A stretch of DNA of 32,000 nt. Source: Bellilinea caldifistulae. Its GTDB lineage: Bacteria; Chloroflexota; Anaerolineae; Anaerolineales; Anaerolineaceae. The position numbers and the translations under genes were made by a program. The notes below the pieces were generated by a model, which saw only the letters and a list, made by a program, of their open reading frames with translations, did not search any database and was not told where the DNA came from. Position 1 is the first letter of the stretch; every line of letters begins with the position of its first letter. Of this stretch, positions 1 through 8,588 are shown piece after piece. The stretch spans positions 1 to 32,000 of the forward strand of contig NZ_LGHJ01000013.1 of the NCBI RefSeq assembly GCF_001306055.1, in the 5' to 3' direction.

Positions 1-369
1 GAGACCTATGCGGCGGATAAAGGCTATGATGACGGCAACAATCACTTCTATTTAGAACTGCACGGCTTACACTCGGCAATTCGCTTGAAAAAGACGCGCA
101 CGCAGAAGAAAGACGCCAACAAAGACAGCTGGCTGGCCTTGGAGCAGACCCAACCGTACCGTCAAGGCTTGAAACAGCGCTACAAAATCGAACGCAAATT
201 TGGGGAAGCCAAACAGTGGCATGGGTTGGGACGCTGCCGGTATTTGGGAAAAATGGGCTTTGCGGTGCAAGCCTTTTTGACGGCGATAGCGCTCAACTTG
301 AAACGAATGGTCAAGCTCCTGTTTGGCGTCGGGTTCAAAACCCCGGCTGGGGCCGCCATCCAAGGGTGA
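1..369 (+). mobile_element. 3' fragment of an IS4/IS5/IS1182-superfamily DDE transposase gene; the 5' part lies outside the window
   Basis: Frame 1 is open from nt 1 (ETYAADKGYDDGNNHFY...) to TGA at 367-369. It contains the 'ADKGYD' aspartate block (nt 10-30), an R-x3-E-x6-K block (QRYKIERKFGEAK) and the C-terminal ...LTAIALNLKRMVKLL tail typical of these transposases. The element ends cannot be defined because the left end is off-window. Confidence 0.8.
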
Positions 370-603
370 ACTCCCATGCGGAGGGTGAAGTGTCGCTGGT
401 GGTCAAAAATCCAGAAAAAATGGAAGTGAAGAGGTCAAATCAAGATACACAGCCCCTTTATTTTAGGGTGGATACCCCATCGGGTGCGGCTTTTCCACCC
501 CTCAAACAGCCTGCTCGGCGTATTACGCTTGATTTTTCAACTCTCTCATTTTAGTCAAGGAAATTGGATGATTTATTTCCTTCCTGCCAGTTGAGAAAAC
601 AAA

Positions 604-3600
604 ATGCTATCGGATACGAACCCCAAACTCCCCCTCAGCACGCTTGTCCCGATACTTTTTCCTATCGCAGCGGTAGTAGTGGGATTGGTTCTGCCGTTCT
701 TAGTTACGGCGGTATTTATTCTTTCGGGGGGATTCACCCTTACACTCTCTTCCTTTTTTCAGGCTCAATTCAATGAACCGATATTATGGCTGGTGGACCT
801 TTTTTCGGCTTTCATCGTTCTGCTGAACTCAGTCAACGCTTTCCAGCACTTCAGAACAATCCGCCAAAACCTGCGCCTGAAAGATGAACTGGTCCAGCGC
901 ACCGCTGAACTTTACGCAGTCAAAGAAATTTCCCAGCGTGAAATACTGGAAAGGCATCAGGCCGAAGCCAATATCATCCGGGCAAAAAAGGAGTGGGAAG
1001 CAACCTTCGATGCGATCTCAGACCTGATTTTACTGACCGATGCGAGCGGGAAAATCATACGCTGCAATCAGGCAACCATCCAAACCCTTAAAACCTCCTA
1101 CGCCAACTTGATTGGTAAAAATATCGAAGAGGTGTTCCCTGGTGTCATTGAACCGGTGCAGAAAAAAGCCCTGACCAAAACTCAGGTCATCCCCATGCCA
1201 TCTTTATACGGCTGGTTTGAAGTAACCGGTTTTCCCTTTCAGGATGGTGAAAACCAGCAAGGAATCATCTACATCTTCCACGACATCGCTCAACGCAAAA
1301 AAGCCGAGGCTGAAATTCAACGCCAGAAACAATACTTTGAAAGTATCTTCCAGAATAGCCCGGTTGCGATTGTCACCCTTGACCTGAACGGTCATATCGT
1401 AGCCTGCAATCCCGCTTTCGAACGGCTTTTTGGGTACACTCAGGCAGAAGTGCTGGGTGGAAAACTGGATGAAATCATCACCTCCAAAGAATTCCGAGAT
1501 GGCGCATTTGAATTTAGCCGCCGGGTTCGTCAGGGTGAGCTGATTCACAGCGTCAGTAAGCGCCAGACCCGGCGTGGTGAATTGATTGATGTGGAGATCT
1601 TCGGTGTTCCGGTCATTGTCAACGGACAGGAGGTGGGCGTTCTCAACTTGTATCACAACATCACCGAACTGGTGCGCGCCCGCCAGAAAGCCGAAGAAGC
1701 CGATTTGGCCAAGAGTGAATTTCTGGCCAACATGAGTCATGAGATCCGCACACCACTCAATGGTCTGATCGGCATGCTTAACCTGGCGCTGGATACGCCC
1801 CTCAACGCCGAACAAAACGAATATCTCACCGCTGCGCTGGAAAGTGCCGAGTCGCTCCTCAACTTGATTAGCGACATTCTGGATTTGTCAAAAATTGAAG
1901 CCGGCAAAATGGAACTGGAAACCACCGACTTCAATTTACGCACCATTGTTGAAAATGTGGCCGTCAACTTTTCACAGCGGGCGGCTGCCAAAGGGCTGGA
2001 ACTGGTCTGTCAGATTGATCCGCTAACGCCTGTCTTGTTGCGTGGAGATCCCAACCGCTTGCGGCAGGTATTGAATAATCTGGTCGGCAATGCGGTTAAA
2101 TTCACCGAGCAGGGAGAAATTGTCATCAGCGTTCAGCCGATTGCCCAAACCAACACGCAGGCCACCATCAGTTTCTCGGTACGCGATACCGGTATCGGCA
2201 TACCCCCCGACCGCCAGGCGCGCATTTTTGAGCGCTTTACTCAGGCGGATATGTCCACTACCCGCAAATACGGCGGATCCGGCTTGGGTTTAGCCATTTC
2301 TACCCAGTTGGTGGAGCTGATGGGTGGAAAAATCTCGCTGATCAGTGAACCGGGGGTTGGCAGCACTTTTTCTTTCAACGCTGTCTTTTCGCGTCAGGAA
2401 ACTCCCGAATCCCAGCCGCACAAGTTAATTTCCCTTTCTCACCGAAAACACATCTTGATTGCCGATCCTAATGCATCCAGTCGTCAATCCTTGCGGATGG
2501 AACTGGAAAAAGTTGGCTTTGCGGTCACGGAATGCGCGGATCGTGAAACCTTTGTTCAGGTACTCCAATTCGCCAGCGAAAATCGGGCTCCAGTGCAACT
2601 GGCAATGGTTGAATACCGGATTCTATTGGATAACGGTCAACCCCGTCTGCCGGATAACATCAAACCATTGGTAAACAACGATCTCAAAGTCATCGTCCTG
2701 ACCACCCTTGGAACTCATATCACCAAAGAAGATTGCCAGAAAGTCGGCTGCATAGCCACGTTGATTAAACCGGTGCGTCAACAGGCGCTCTACAATGCTT
2801 TAAAGTCCGCTCTTGCCAGCCCGGAGCCGGCCAGAGTTGCCGAAAAACCGGCCACCGAAAACCGCCTGACCGCCTCTGGACTGCGTACTTCCCTCTCGCG
2901 CCACATACTCCTGGTCGAAGATAATCCAGTCAATCGAAAAGTGGTTGTGAATTTGCTCACCAAATTTGGGCATACCGTTGAAGAAGCCGAAAATGGACGG
3001 GTTGCTGTTGAAAAAACCTCCCAAAGAAATTACGACTTAATTTTGATGGACGTCCAGATGCCGGAAATGGATGGCTATGAAGCCACATTGCGAATTCGTT
3101 CCAGAGAGGGAACCTCGCATCACACCCCCATCATTGCCATGACGGCGCGGGCACTGGCCGGTGATGTGGAACGCTGCCTCGCCAGCGGGATGGATGCTTA
3201 CCTTTCCAAACCGATAAAACCGCGTGAATTGTTCAATGCCATCGAACATTGGGGACACAAGCAGGCTGAAGGCGAACCAAAACAATCGGACGTGGATGAA
3301 ACCTCAACCACATTGATCAAGGAAGACCTCTCCTTGGAATTTGAACAGTATTTTCAATCCCTTGAAACCGACCCAAACGGCTTTTTACCCCAATCAGCAC
3401 CCCCCTCCACTGAAGAGCAGATTTCTCCACTGGGCGAGGATCTGATCGGGGAAGAAGACGAATTCCTCAGCCGTGCTTTCCGGAAAAACACCCAATCACT
3501 TGGTGATGCCCATTACGTCGAAAAAATCCTCCCGCGCTTCGGTGATGACCTGGAGTTCTTTCTGGCCACCTTTGAAGAGTTCATCCAGCAGTGCGAAACC

Positions 3601-3870
3601 AAATTGGTCGAACTGAAAGAAGCCGTTCGCTCCCAAAATGTTGCGAGTGTCAAACTCCATGCCCACAACCTTAAAGGGGTGGCAGCCAACTTTGAAGCCG
3701 TCAAACTGACCCGCCTGGCTCACCAGCTGGATTTACAGGCAGCCAACGGAGACTTGAATGGGGCGGATGATTTAATTGCTGAAATGGAAAGTCAGATCCC
3801 CTTGCTGAAGAAAGCCCTGCTGGAAATGAAAGCGCAGCAACACCCGGCAGAAAACAACCTCAAAGGATAG
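604..3870 (+). CDS. Membrane-anchored hybrid sensor histidine kinase: TM region, 2 PAS, HisKA, HATPase_c, degenerate receiver, canonical receiver, HPt
   Basis: 1088-aa ORF. Hydrophobic N-terminus (aa ~14-85), coiled coil and two PAS-like modules. H-box MSHEIRTPLNG (His379, nt 1738-1740). N/G1/G2 boxes (NLVGNAVKFT, DTGIGI, GGSGLGL). First receiver-like module has Glu670 (nt 2611-2613) at the acceptor position. Second receiver is LVEDNPVN...DLILMDVQMPEMDG...SKPIK (Asp816, nt 3049-3051). HPt motif HAHNLKGVAANF (His1021, nt 3664-3666). Confidence 0.9.
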   Translation: MLSDTNPKLPLSTLVPILFPIAAVVVGLVLPFLVTAVFILSGGFTLTLSSFFQAQFNEPILWLVDLFSAFIVLLNSVNAFQHFRTIRQNLRLKDELVQRTAELYAVKEISQREILERHQAEANIIRAKKEWEATFDAISDLILLTDASGKIIRCNQATIQTLKTSYANLIGKNIEEVFPGVIEPVQKKALTKTQVIPMPSLYGWFEVTGFPFQDGENQQGIIYIFHDIAQRKKAEAEIQRQKQYFESIFQNSPVAIVTLDLNGHIVACNPAFERLFGYTQAEVLGGKLDEIITSKEFRDGAFEFSRRVRQGELIHSVSKRQTRRGELIDVEIFGVPVIVNGQEVGVLNLYHNITELVRARQKAEEADLAKSEFLANMSHEIRTPLNGLIGMLNLALDTPLNAEQNEYLTAALESAESLLNLISDILDLSKIEAGKMELETTDFNLRTIVENVAVNFSQRAAAKGLELVCQIDPLTPVLLRGDPNRLRQVLNNLVGNAVKFTEQGEIVISVQPIAQTNTQATISFSVRDTGIGIPPDRQARIFERFTQADMSTTRKYGGSGLGLAISTQLVELMGGKISLISEPGVGSTFSFNAVFSRQETPESQPHKLISLSHRKHILIADPNASSRQSLRMELEKVGFAVTECADRETFVQVLQFASENRAPVQLAMVEYRILLDNGQPRLPDNIKPLVNNDLKVIVLTTLGTHITKEDCQKVGCIATLIKPVRQQALYNALKSALASPEPARVAEKPATENRLTASGLRTSLSRHILLVEDNPVNRKVVVNLLTKFGHTVEEAENGRVAVEKTSQRNYDLILMDVQMPEMDGYEATLRIRSREGTSHHTPIIAMTARALAGDVERCLASGMDAYLSKPIKPRELFNAIEHWGHKQAEGEPKQSDVDETSTTLIKEDLSLEFEQYFQSLETDPNGFLPQSAPPSTEEQISPLGEDLIGEEDEFLSRAFRKNTQSLGDAHYVEKILPRFGDDLEFFLATFEEFIQQCETKLVELKEAVRSQNVASVKLHAHNLKGVAANFEAVKLTRLAHQLDLQAANGDLNGADDLIAEMESQIPLLKKALLEMKAQQHPAENNLKG

Positions 3871-3874
3871 ATTC

Positions 3875-5125
3875 ATGGCCACTGTACTGCTGATTGATGA
3901 CGAAATCATCTTCCACCGCATGATTGAACATGCCCTGCGTCCGCTGGGACACATGGTATATACCGAGCTGACCGGCACACAGGGATTGGAAGCCGCCAAT
4001 ATCCTAAAACCGGATGTCATCATCACCGACCTTAACTTACCGGACATTTCCGGCTACGAGGTCACCCGCCGATTACGCCGCGACCCTGCTTTTGCCCACA
4101 CCCCCATCATGGTGCTGACAAGTCAGGCGGGCTTACAGGATAAACTTGCCTCGTTTGAATCCGGAGCCGATGATCACATTACCAAACCTTTTGAGCCGGA
4201 AGAATTGGTAGCCCGCATGACCGTCCTTCTCCGCCGCATGGAGGTGATCCGCCATGCCTTGCCCAGCGGTGAAGGGGCTGTTCCGACCAAAATGGCAAAG
4301 ATGATTGCCGTGCATTCCTTACGCGGTGGAATTGGCACGTCCACCCTCGCCGTCAATCTGGCAATTGCACTTCGTTCCCTGTGGAACACCCCCACTCTTT
4401 TGATTGATCTGGTATTGATGGCCGGACAGGTTGCCCTTTTGTTGAACATGCCCCTCAAACGCACTTGGGCCGATCTTGCCGGGATTGACCCCTTGGAAAT
4501 GGACACCGAAGCCCTCCATTCGATTATTGAAAACCACAAAAGCGGATTGAGCTTCATCGCTGCCCCCACCTTTCCTACCGAAGCGGAGATGCTTTCCGAC
4601 GAAACTCTGAACGTCTCCCTCAAGCTTCTCCGCCCCCATTATGACTACCTCATTGCCGATTTACCCCATGATTTCAGCGAAGTGGCGCTTATCGCCCTGG
4701 AGATGGCTGATGTTATCCTGCTCGTACTGGCTCCCGAACTTTCCTCGTTGCGAGCTGCAGCGGCAGCGCTGGACACCTATACCAAATTAAATTATCCCCC
4801 CGAAAAAATCAAACTGGTTTTGAACAATGTATTTCCCAAACACGGTTTACCGCGCGATCGAATTGAACAAGCACTCAAAAAACCTGTTACACTCAGCCTC
4901 CCCTATTCACCGGACATACTGGTACAATCCATTAACCTTGGCAAACCCATTTTGTATCATTCGCCGGATGAACCCATCTCCGTTCTCTTAGAAGACTTTG
5001 CCTTTTTTATGAGCACAGAGGAACACAAAAAAATCCGGCCGGAGAAGCCAACTCAGGCCTGGAAGCGGGTCTATGACCGCTTCATGGAAGCCCGCAAGGC
5101 CAAAGAAAAACAGTCTCAACGATAA
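3875..5125 (+). CDS. Response-regulator receiver fused to a ParA/MinD-superfamily (CpaE/TadZ-like) domain with a degenerate Walker A
   Basis: 416-aa ORF starting 4 nt after the kinase stop, with AAGGA 8 nt upstream. The receiver looks canonical: LLIDDE, Asp52 in DVIITDLNLPDISG (nt 4028-4030), VLTS, TKPF. The ATPase-like part has AVHSLRGGIGTSTLAVNLA (nt 4322-4345) in place of KGGxGK[ST], then ...YDYLIADLP... and ...VLNNV... blocks typical of ParA/CpaE folds. Confidence 0.85.
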   Translation: MATVLLIDDEIIFHRMIEHALRPLGHMVYTELTGTQGLEAANILKPDVIITDLNLPDISGYEVTRRLRRDPAFAHTPIMVLTSQAGLQDKLASFESGADDHITKPFEPEELVARMTVLLRRMEVIRHALPSGEGAVPTKMAKMIAVHSLRGGIGTSTLAVNLAIALRSLWNTPTLLIDLVLMAGQVALLLNMPLKRTWADLAGIDPLEMDTEALHSIIENHKSGLSFIAAPTFPTEAEMLSDETLNVSLKLLRPHYDYLIADLPHDFSEVALIALEMADVILLVLAPELSSLRAAAAALDTYTKLNYPPEKIKLVLNNVFPKHGLPRDRIEQALKKPVTLSLPYSPDILVQSINLGKPILYHSPDEPISVLLEDFAFFMSTEEHKKIRPEKPTQAWKRVYDRFMEARKAKEKQSQR

Positions 5126-5145
5126 TTTTCGCAAGGAGAATTGCC

Positions 5146-6105
5146 ATGACCCATGTGTTTAAGAAACCAACCCGCGTCGCCATTGTCGGTGCGGGCAATG
5201 TCGGAGCTACTTTTGCCTATTCCCTCTTAATTAGCGGATTGGCCAGCGAAATTGTGCTGATTGATGCCAATCACGCCAAAGCCGAAGGTGAGGCAATGGA
5301 CTTGAATCACGCTATGCCTCTCGGCAGACCAGCTCGCATCTGGGCCGGCAGCTACGAAGATACGGCAGGGGCAGTGATCACCGTCATCACAGCCGGATCG
5401 GCTCAACGACCCGGTGAAACCCGCCTGGACCTGGTTCAGCGCAATACCGAAATCTTCAAGCAAATCATCCCCAAAATTGTGGAAAACAACCCCAATGGAA
5501 TTTTGCTGATCGCCACCAATCCGGTTGACATCCTGACCTACGTTGCCTTCAAGATTTCCGGCTTCAGACGCAATCATGTCATCGGTTCGGGAACGGTGCT
5601 GGATACGGCTCGCTTCCGTTACCTGCTCTCTCAACACTTTGACGTTGACCCGCGCAGTGTACATGCCCACATCATTGGCGAGCATGGAGATAGCGAAGTA
5701 CCGGTCTGGTCTCTTGCCAACATCGCCGGTATGCGCCTGCCGCAGTATTGTGCTGTCAACGAGTTGGGCTGCGCGGATGAAACCCTCAATACCATCTTTG
5801 AGCAAACCCGCGATGCTGCCTATCACATCATCGAGCGCAAAGGGGCTACCTACTACGGCATTGCCAGTGGCCTGGTGCGAATTTGCGAGGCGATCATTCG
5901 CGATCAAGGCACCGTCCTGTCCGTTTCCAGTTACATTGACGAACCCTACTACGGCATTGAGGATGTTTGCCTGAGTCTGCCCACCATTGTAGACCTGGAC
6001 GGTGTGGAACGCATCATCCGCCTTGACCTGAATGAGGAAGAAGTCATCGGTCTGCAGAAATCAGCCAACCTGCTAAAAAATATCATTTCTCAATTGAAGA
6101 TTTAA
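5146..6105 (+). CDS. ldh: L-lactate dehydrogenase
   Basis: 319 aa. Rossmann motif VAIVGAGNVGATFAY. Substrate loop GSAQRPGETRLDL (Gln, which is LDH-type rather than MDH-type). Catalytic block IGEHGDSEVPVWS. AAGGAG SD upstream. Confidence 0.9.
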   Translation: MTHVFKKPTRVAIVGAGNVGATFAYSLLISGLASEIVLIDANHAKAEGEAMDLNHAMPLGRPARIWAGSYEDTAGAVITVITAGSAQRPGETRLDLVQRNTEIFKQIIPKIVENNPNGILLIATNPVDILTYVAFKISGFRRNHVIGSGTVLDTARFRYLLSQHFDVDPRSVHAHIIGEHGDSEVPVWSLANIAGMRLPQYCAVNELGCADETLNTIFEQTRDAAYHIIERKGATYYGIASGLVRICEAIIRDQGTVLSVSSYIDEPYYGIEDVCLSLPTIVDLDGVERIIRLDLNEEEVIGLQKSANLLKNIISQLKI

Positions 6106-7811
6106 GGCGATTCAATCACGCCAATCCAGACCTCAAAGGGCTGCAAGGAAAGAAAACCAGCCTGCGCCGATTGTCCTTCCCTGCGGTGTGTTGAAAAAAC
6201 ACACCGCAAATTTTTAATCCAGTGGGGCAAAACGGTTCTGGCACGGCGGGCTTTCATGTTCAAAGCCACCACACAGCTTTGATTTTCTGTCCGTCTTAGA
6301 AAAGTGAACACATTGCGGTTATTTTCGTCCAGCGGTTGATAGTCGCCCTCAGTCAATGCGGGCGTGTTTTTACGCAAATGCAACAACCTCCGGTAGTAAT
6401 TCAGCAAGGAGTCGGGGGCATCTTTCTGCTCCTCAACATTGACCCCCTCGGCATAATTCGGATGAACCGGCAGCCACGGATTCACCTCTGCCGGACAAAA
6501 ACCGGCGTTTGGCTGATTAGCCCATTGCAGCGGGGTGCGGCACTTATCCCGTCCATATTCAATCGCGTGCAATTCGGCTTCCTGAGGAGAGCTACCCAGC
6601 AATTCAATTTCCAGGCGGTAAGCATGTAAACTCAACGGATCCCGGAAATCTTCCCGCTTCAGGTCAAGGTGGTTGACCATGCCGATTTCTTCACCATTGT
6701 ACAAAAAAGGGGTACCCTTCAAAGTCAGCAGCAAGGCCAGATTAACCCGTGCAATCTGCTGATCATGTTTTCCATCCCCAAATTGACTCATCATTCGTCC
6801 GGCATCATGGTTATTTAAGGTATTGCACGGCCAGGCGTCCGGCGGCATTTGCGAAAATCTCTCCCTCTGGTTATTGCGCACCCAACGCGGCGTGATATGG
6901 TCTGTACGCATCAAAGGAAAATTGAAATTCAAGTGGAGCTCATCTTCTCCGCTCCCATAAAAGCGAACATCCTCCGTCTCGCCGATCAAAACTTTTTCCG
7001 GGTATTCATTTACCACCTGGCGGAGTTCTCTCATCAGGTCGTGCACTTGGGGCATGTCCACCTGATGCCGGAACAGGCGCAGCCAGCGGCGGTTTGCCCG
7101 GCGTTCCTCATCCTTTGTCTTAGCGAGCCGTGCATCCCGGTAAATCGCATCCAGATGATCGCCGGTAGCATGATCGGGGTACCCTTCCCGTTCGAAGATC
7201 GTGCCAACAGCATCCAGGCGAAAACCATCCACGCCAAGGTTCAGCCAGTAACGTACCACCTCAAACATGGCTTGTTTGACTTCGGAATTTCTCCAATTCA
7301 GGTCAGGTTGTTGGGCAAAGAAGAAATGGTAATAGTATTCGCCGGTTTGCGGGTCAAACGTCCACGCCGGCCCCCCAAAAGTAGAGAACCAGTCATTCGG
7401 AGGACCGCCATTGCGGGGCGACTTCCAGATATACCAGTCTCGTTTGGGGTTGTCCCGACTGGAACGGGATTCCAAAAACCACGGGTGCTGATCAGAGGTG
7501 TGGTTCAAAACCAGATCCAGCACCAACCGCATATCGCGACGATGCAATTCCTCCATAAATTGGAAAAATTGCTCCATTGTGCCATATTCAGGAGCAATCC
7601 CATAATAATCACTGACATCATAGCCCCAGTCCACCTGAGGGGAGGCAAAATGCGGTGAAAGCCAGACAGCATCCACTCCCAGCCATTTGAGATAATCCAC
7701 TTTCTCGATCATCCCCTCAAAATCACCGATTCCATCCGCGTTGCCATCCGCAAAACTGCGCGGGTAGATCTGATAAAAAACAGCCGTTTGCCACCATTTC
7801 TTCGGGCTCAT
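6102..7811 (-). CDS. GH13 alpha-glucosidase / oligo-1,6-glucosidase-like glycoside hydrolase
   Basis: 569 aa. N-terminus KWWQTAVFYQIYPRSFADGNADGIGDF. Conserved regions DLVLNHTSDQHPWF, GVDGFRLDAV, IGETE and LNNHDAGR. Confidence 0.9.
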   Translation of the reverse strand: MSPKKWWQTAVFYQIYPRSFADGNADGIGDFEGMIEKVDYLKWLGVDAVWLSPHFASPQVDWGYDVSDYYGIAPEYGTMEQFFQFMEELHRRDMRLVLDLVLNHTSDQHPWFLESRSSRDNPKRDWYIWKSPRNGGPPNDWFSTFGGPAWTFDPQTGEYYYHFFFAQQPDLNWRNSEVKQAMFEVVRYWLNLGVDGFRLDAVGTIFEREGYPDHATGDHLDAIYRDARLAKTKDEERRANRRWLRLFRHQVDMPQVHDLMRELRQVVNEYPEKVLIGETEDVRFYGSGEDELHLNFNFPLMRTDHITPRWVRNNQRERFSQMPPDAWPCNTLNNHDAGRMMSQFGDGKHDQQIARVNLALLLTLKGTPFLYNGEEIGMVNHLDLKREDFRDPLSLHAYRLEIELLGSSPQEAELHAIEYGRDKCRTPLQWANQPNAGFCPAEVNPWLPVHPNYAEGVNVEEQKDAPDSLLNYYRRLLHLRKNTPALTEGDYQPLDENNRNVFTFLRRTENQSCVVALNMKARRARTVLPHWIKNLRCVFSTHRREGQSAQAGFLSLQPFEVWIGVIESP

Positions 7812-7946
7812 AGATTCAGTTACTCACTCCTCTTCAATATGATTGCGACCGAATGGATTGAAAATCAAAATTCCATTGACCAAACCTTAACATGATCATC
7901 AAAAGACTTTAACCGCTACCCATTAAAATTAAAAAAGTAGAAAGAT

Positions 7947-8579
7947 ATGGAAATCAACCCTTCCATTCACGTTTCTGAACAAATCGTGCCTATTGTACCC
8001 CAAAGATGGCACTATCGGCTGGCCGAATGGATCTCCCGATTGTTTTCACCCCCATTGGTTGCAGCCGTCGCCCTGATGACCATTGCCCTCACGGATTCGA
8101 GCCGTGCCGCCATAGGCTGGTCTCTCCTCACGCTATTCCTGATGATTCTCACTCCGGCCGCCTATCTGGTTTATCTTCACAAGCGCGGCCAGATTACCGA
8201 CCTGGATGTGTACGTCCGACAGCAGCGCATTCGCCCTTATTTACTCAGTATCGCATGCAGTCTGGTAACTTTCGGAATGCTTCATCAGTCTTATGCCCCG
8301 GTTTTGCTGCAGGTGATTGCAGCTGCAGCGACTTTTGAAACCAGCGGCCTCTTTCTGGTCAACTTGAAATGGAAAATCTCTGCCCACGCCGCCGCTGCGG
8401 CTGGTTTTTCCTCACTGGGCTTTTGGGTTGGGGGTGGTTTGGCTGTTCCCATGTTAATTTTCATCCCGCTGGTGGCATGGTCACGAGTGCACCTTAAACG
8501 TCATACCCTCTACCAGACCATCGCCGGCAGTTTGTGGGGGATGATCAGTTTCACGCTGGCTTTCTGGCTGCTGCGGTAG
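7947..8579 (+). CDS. Polytopic membrane protein, PAP2-like (divergent acid-phosphatase motifs)
   Basis: 210 aa with about 5-6 hydrophobic helices. ...KISAH... and ...SRVHLKRHTLYQ... resemble PAP2 motifs C2 (SGH) and C3 (SRx5Hx3D), but the final Asp is replaced by Gln. Weak SD. Confidence 0.45.
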   Translation: MEINPSIHVSEQIVPIVPQRWHYRLAEWISRLFSPPLVAAVALMTIALTDSSRAAIGWSLLTLFLMILTPAAYLVYLHKRGQITDLDVYVRQQRIRPYLLSIACSLVTFGMLHQSYAPVLLQVIAAAATFETSGLFLVNLKWKISAHAAAAAGFSSLGFWVGGGLAVPMLIFIPLVAWSRVHLKRHTLYQTIAGSLWGMISFTLAFWLLR

Positions 8580-8588
8580 AAATTCGGC

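Noticed and set aside
6849-7658. A long ORF (269 aa) antisense to the GH13 gene. Similar long antisense or off-frame ORFs: 5227-5907, 1204-1815, 29113-29709, 30500-31117, 18998-19474, 25052-25546, 10790-11197 and 11444-11935.
   Set aside because: Each lies entirely inside a gene with strong family motifs on the other strand or frame. Their translations are Arg/Pro/Gly/Ser-rich low-complexity with no recognisable motifs and no SD. These are typical shadow ORFs.
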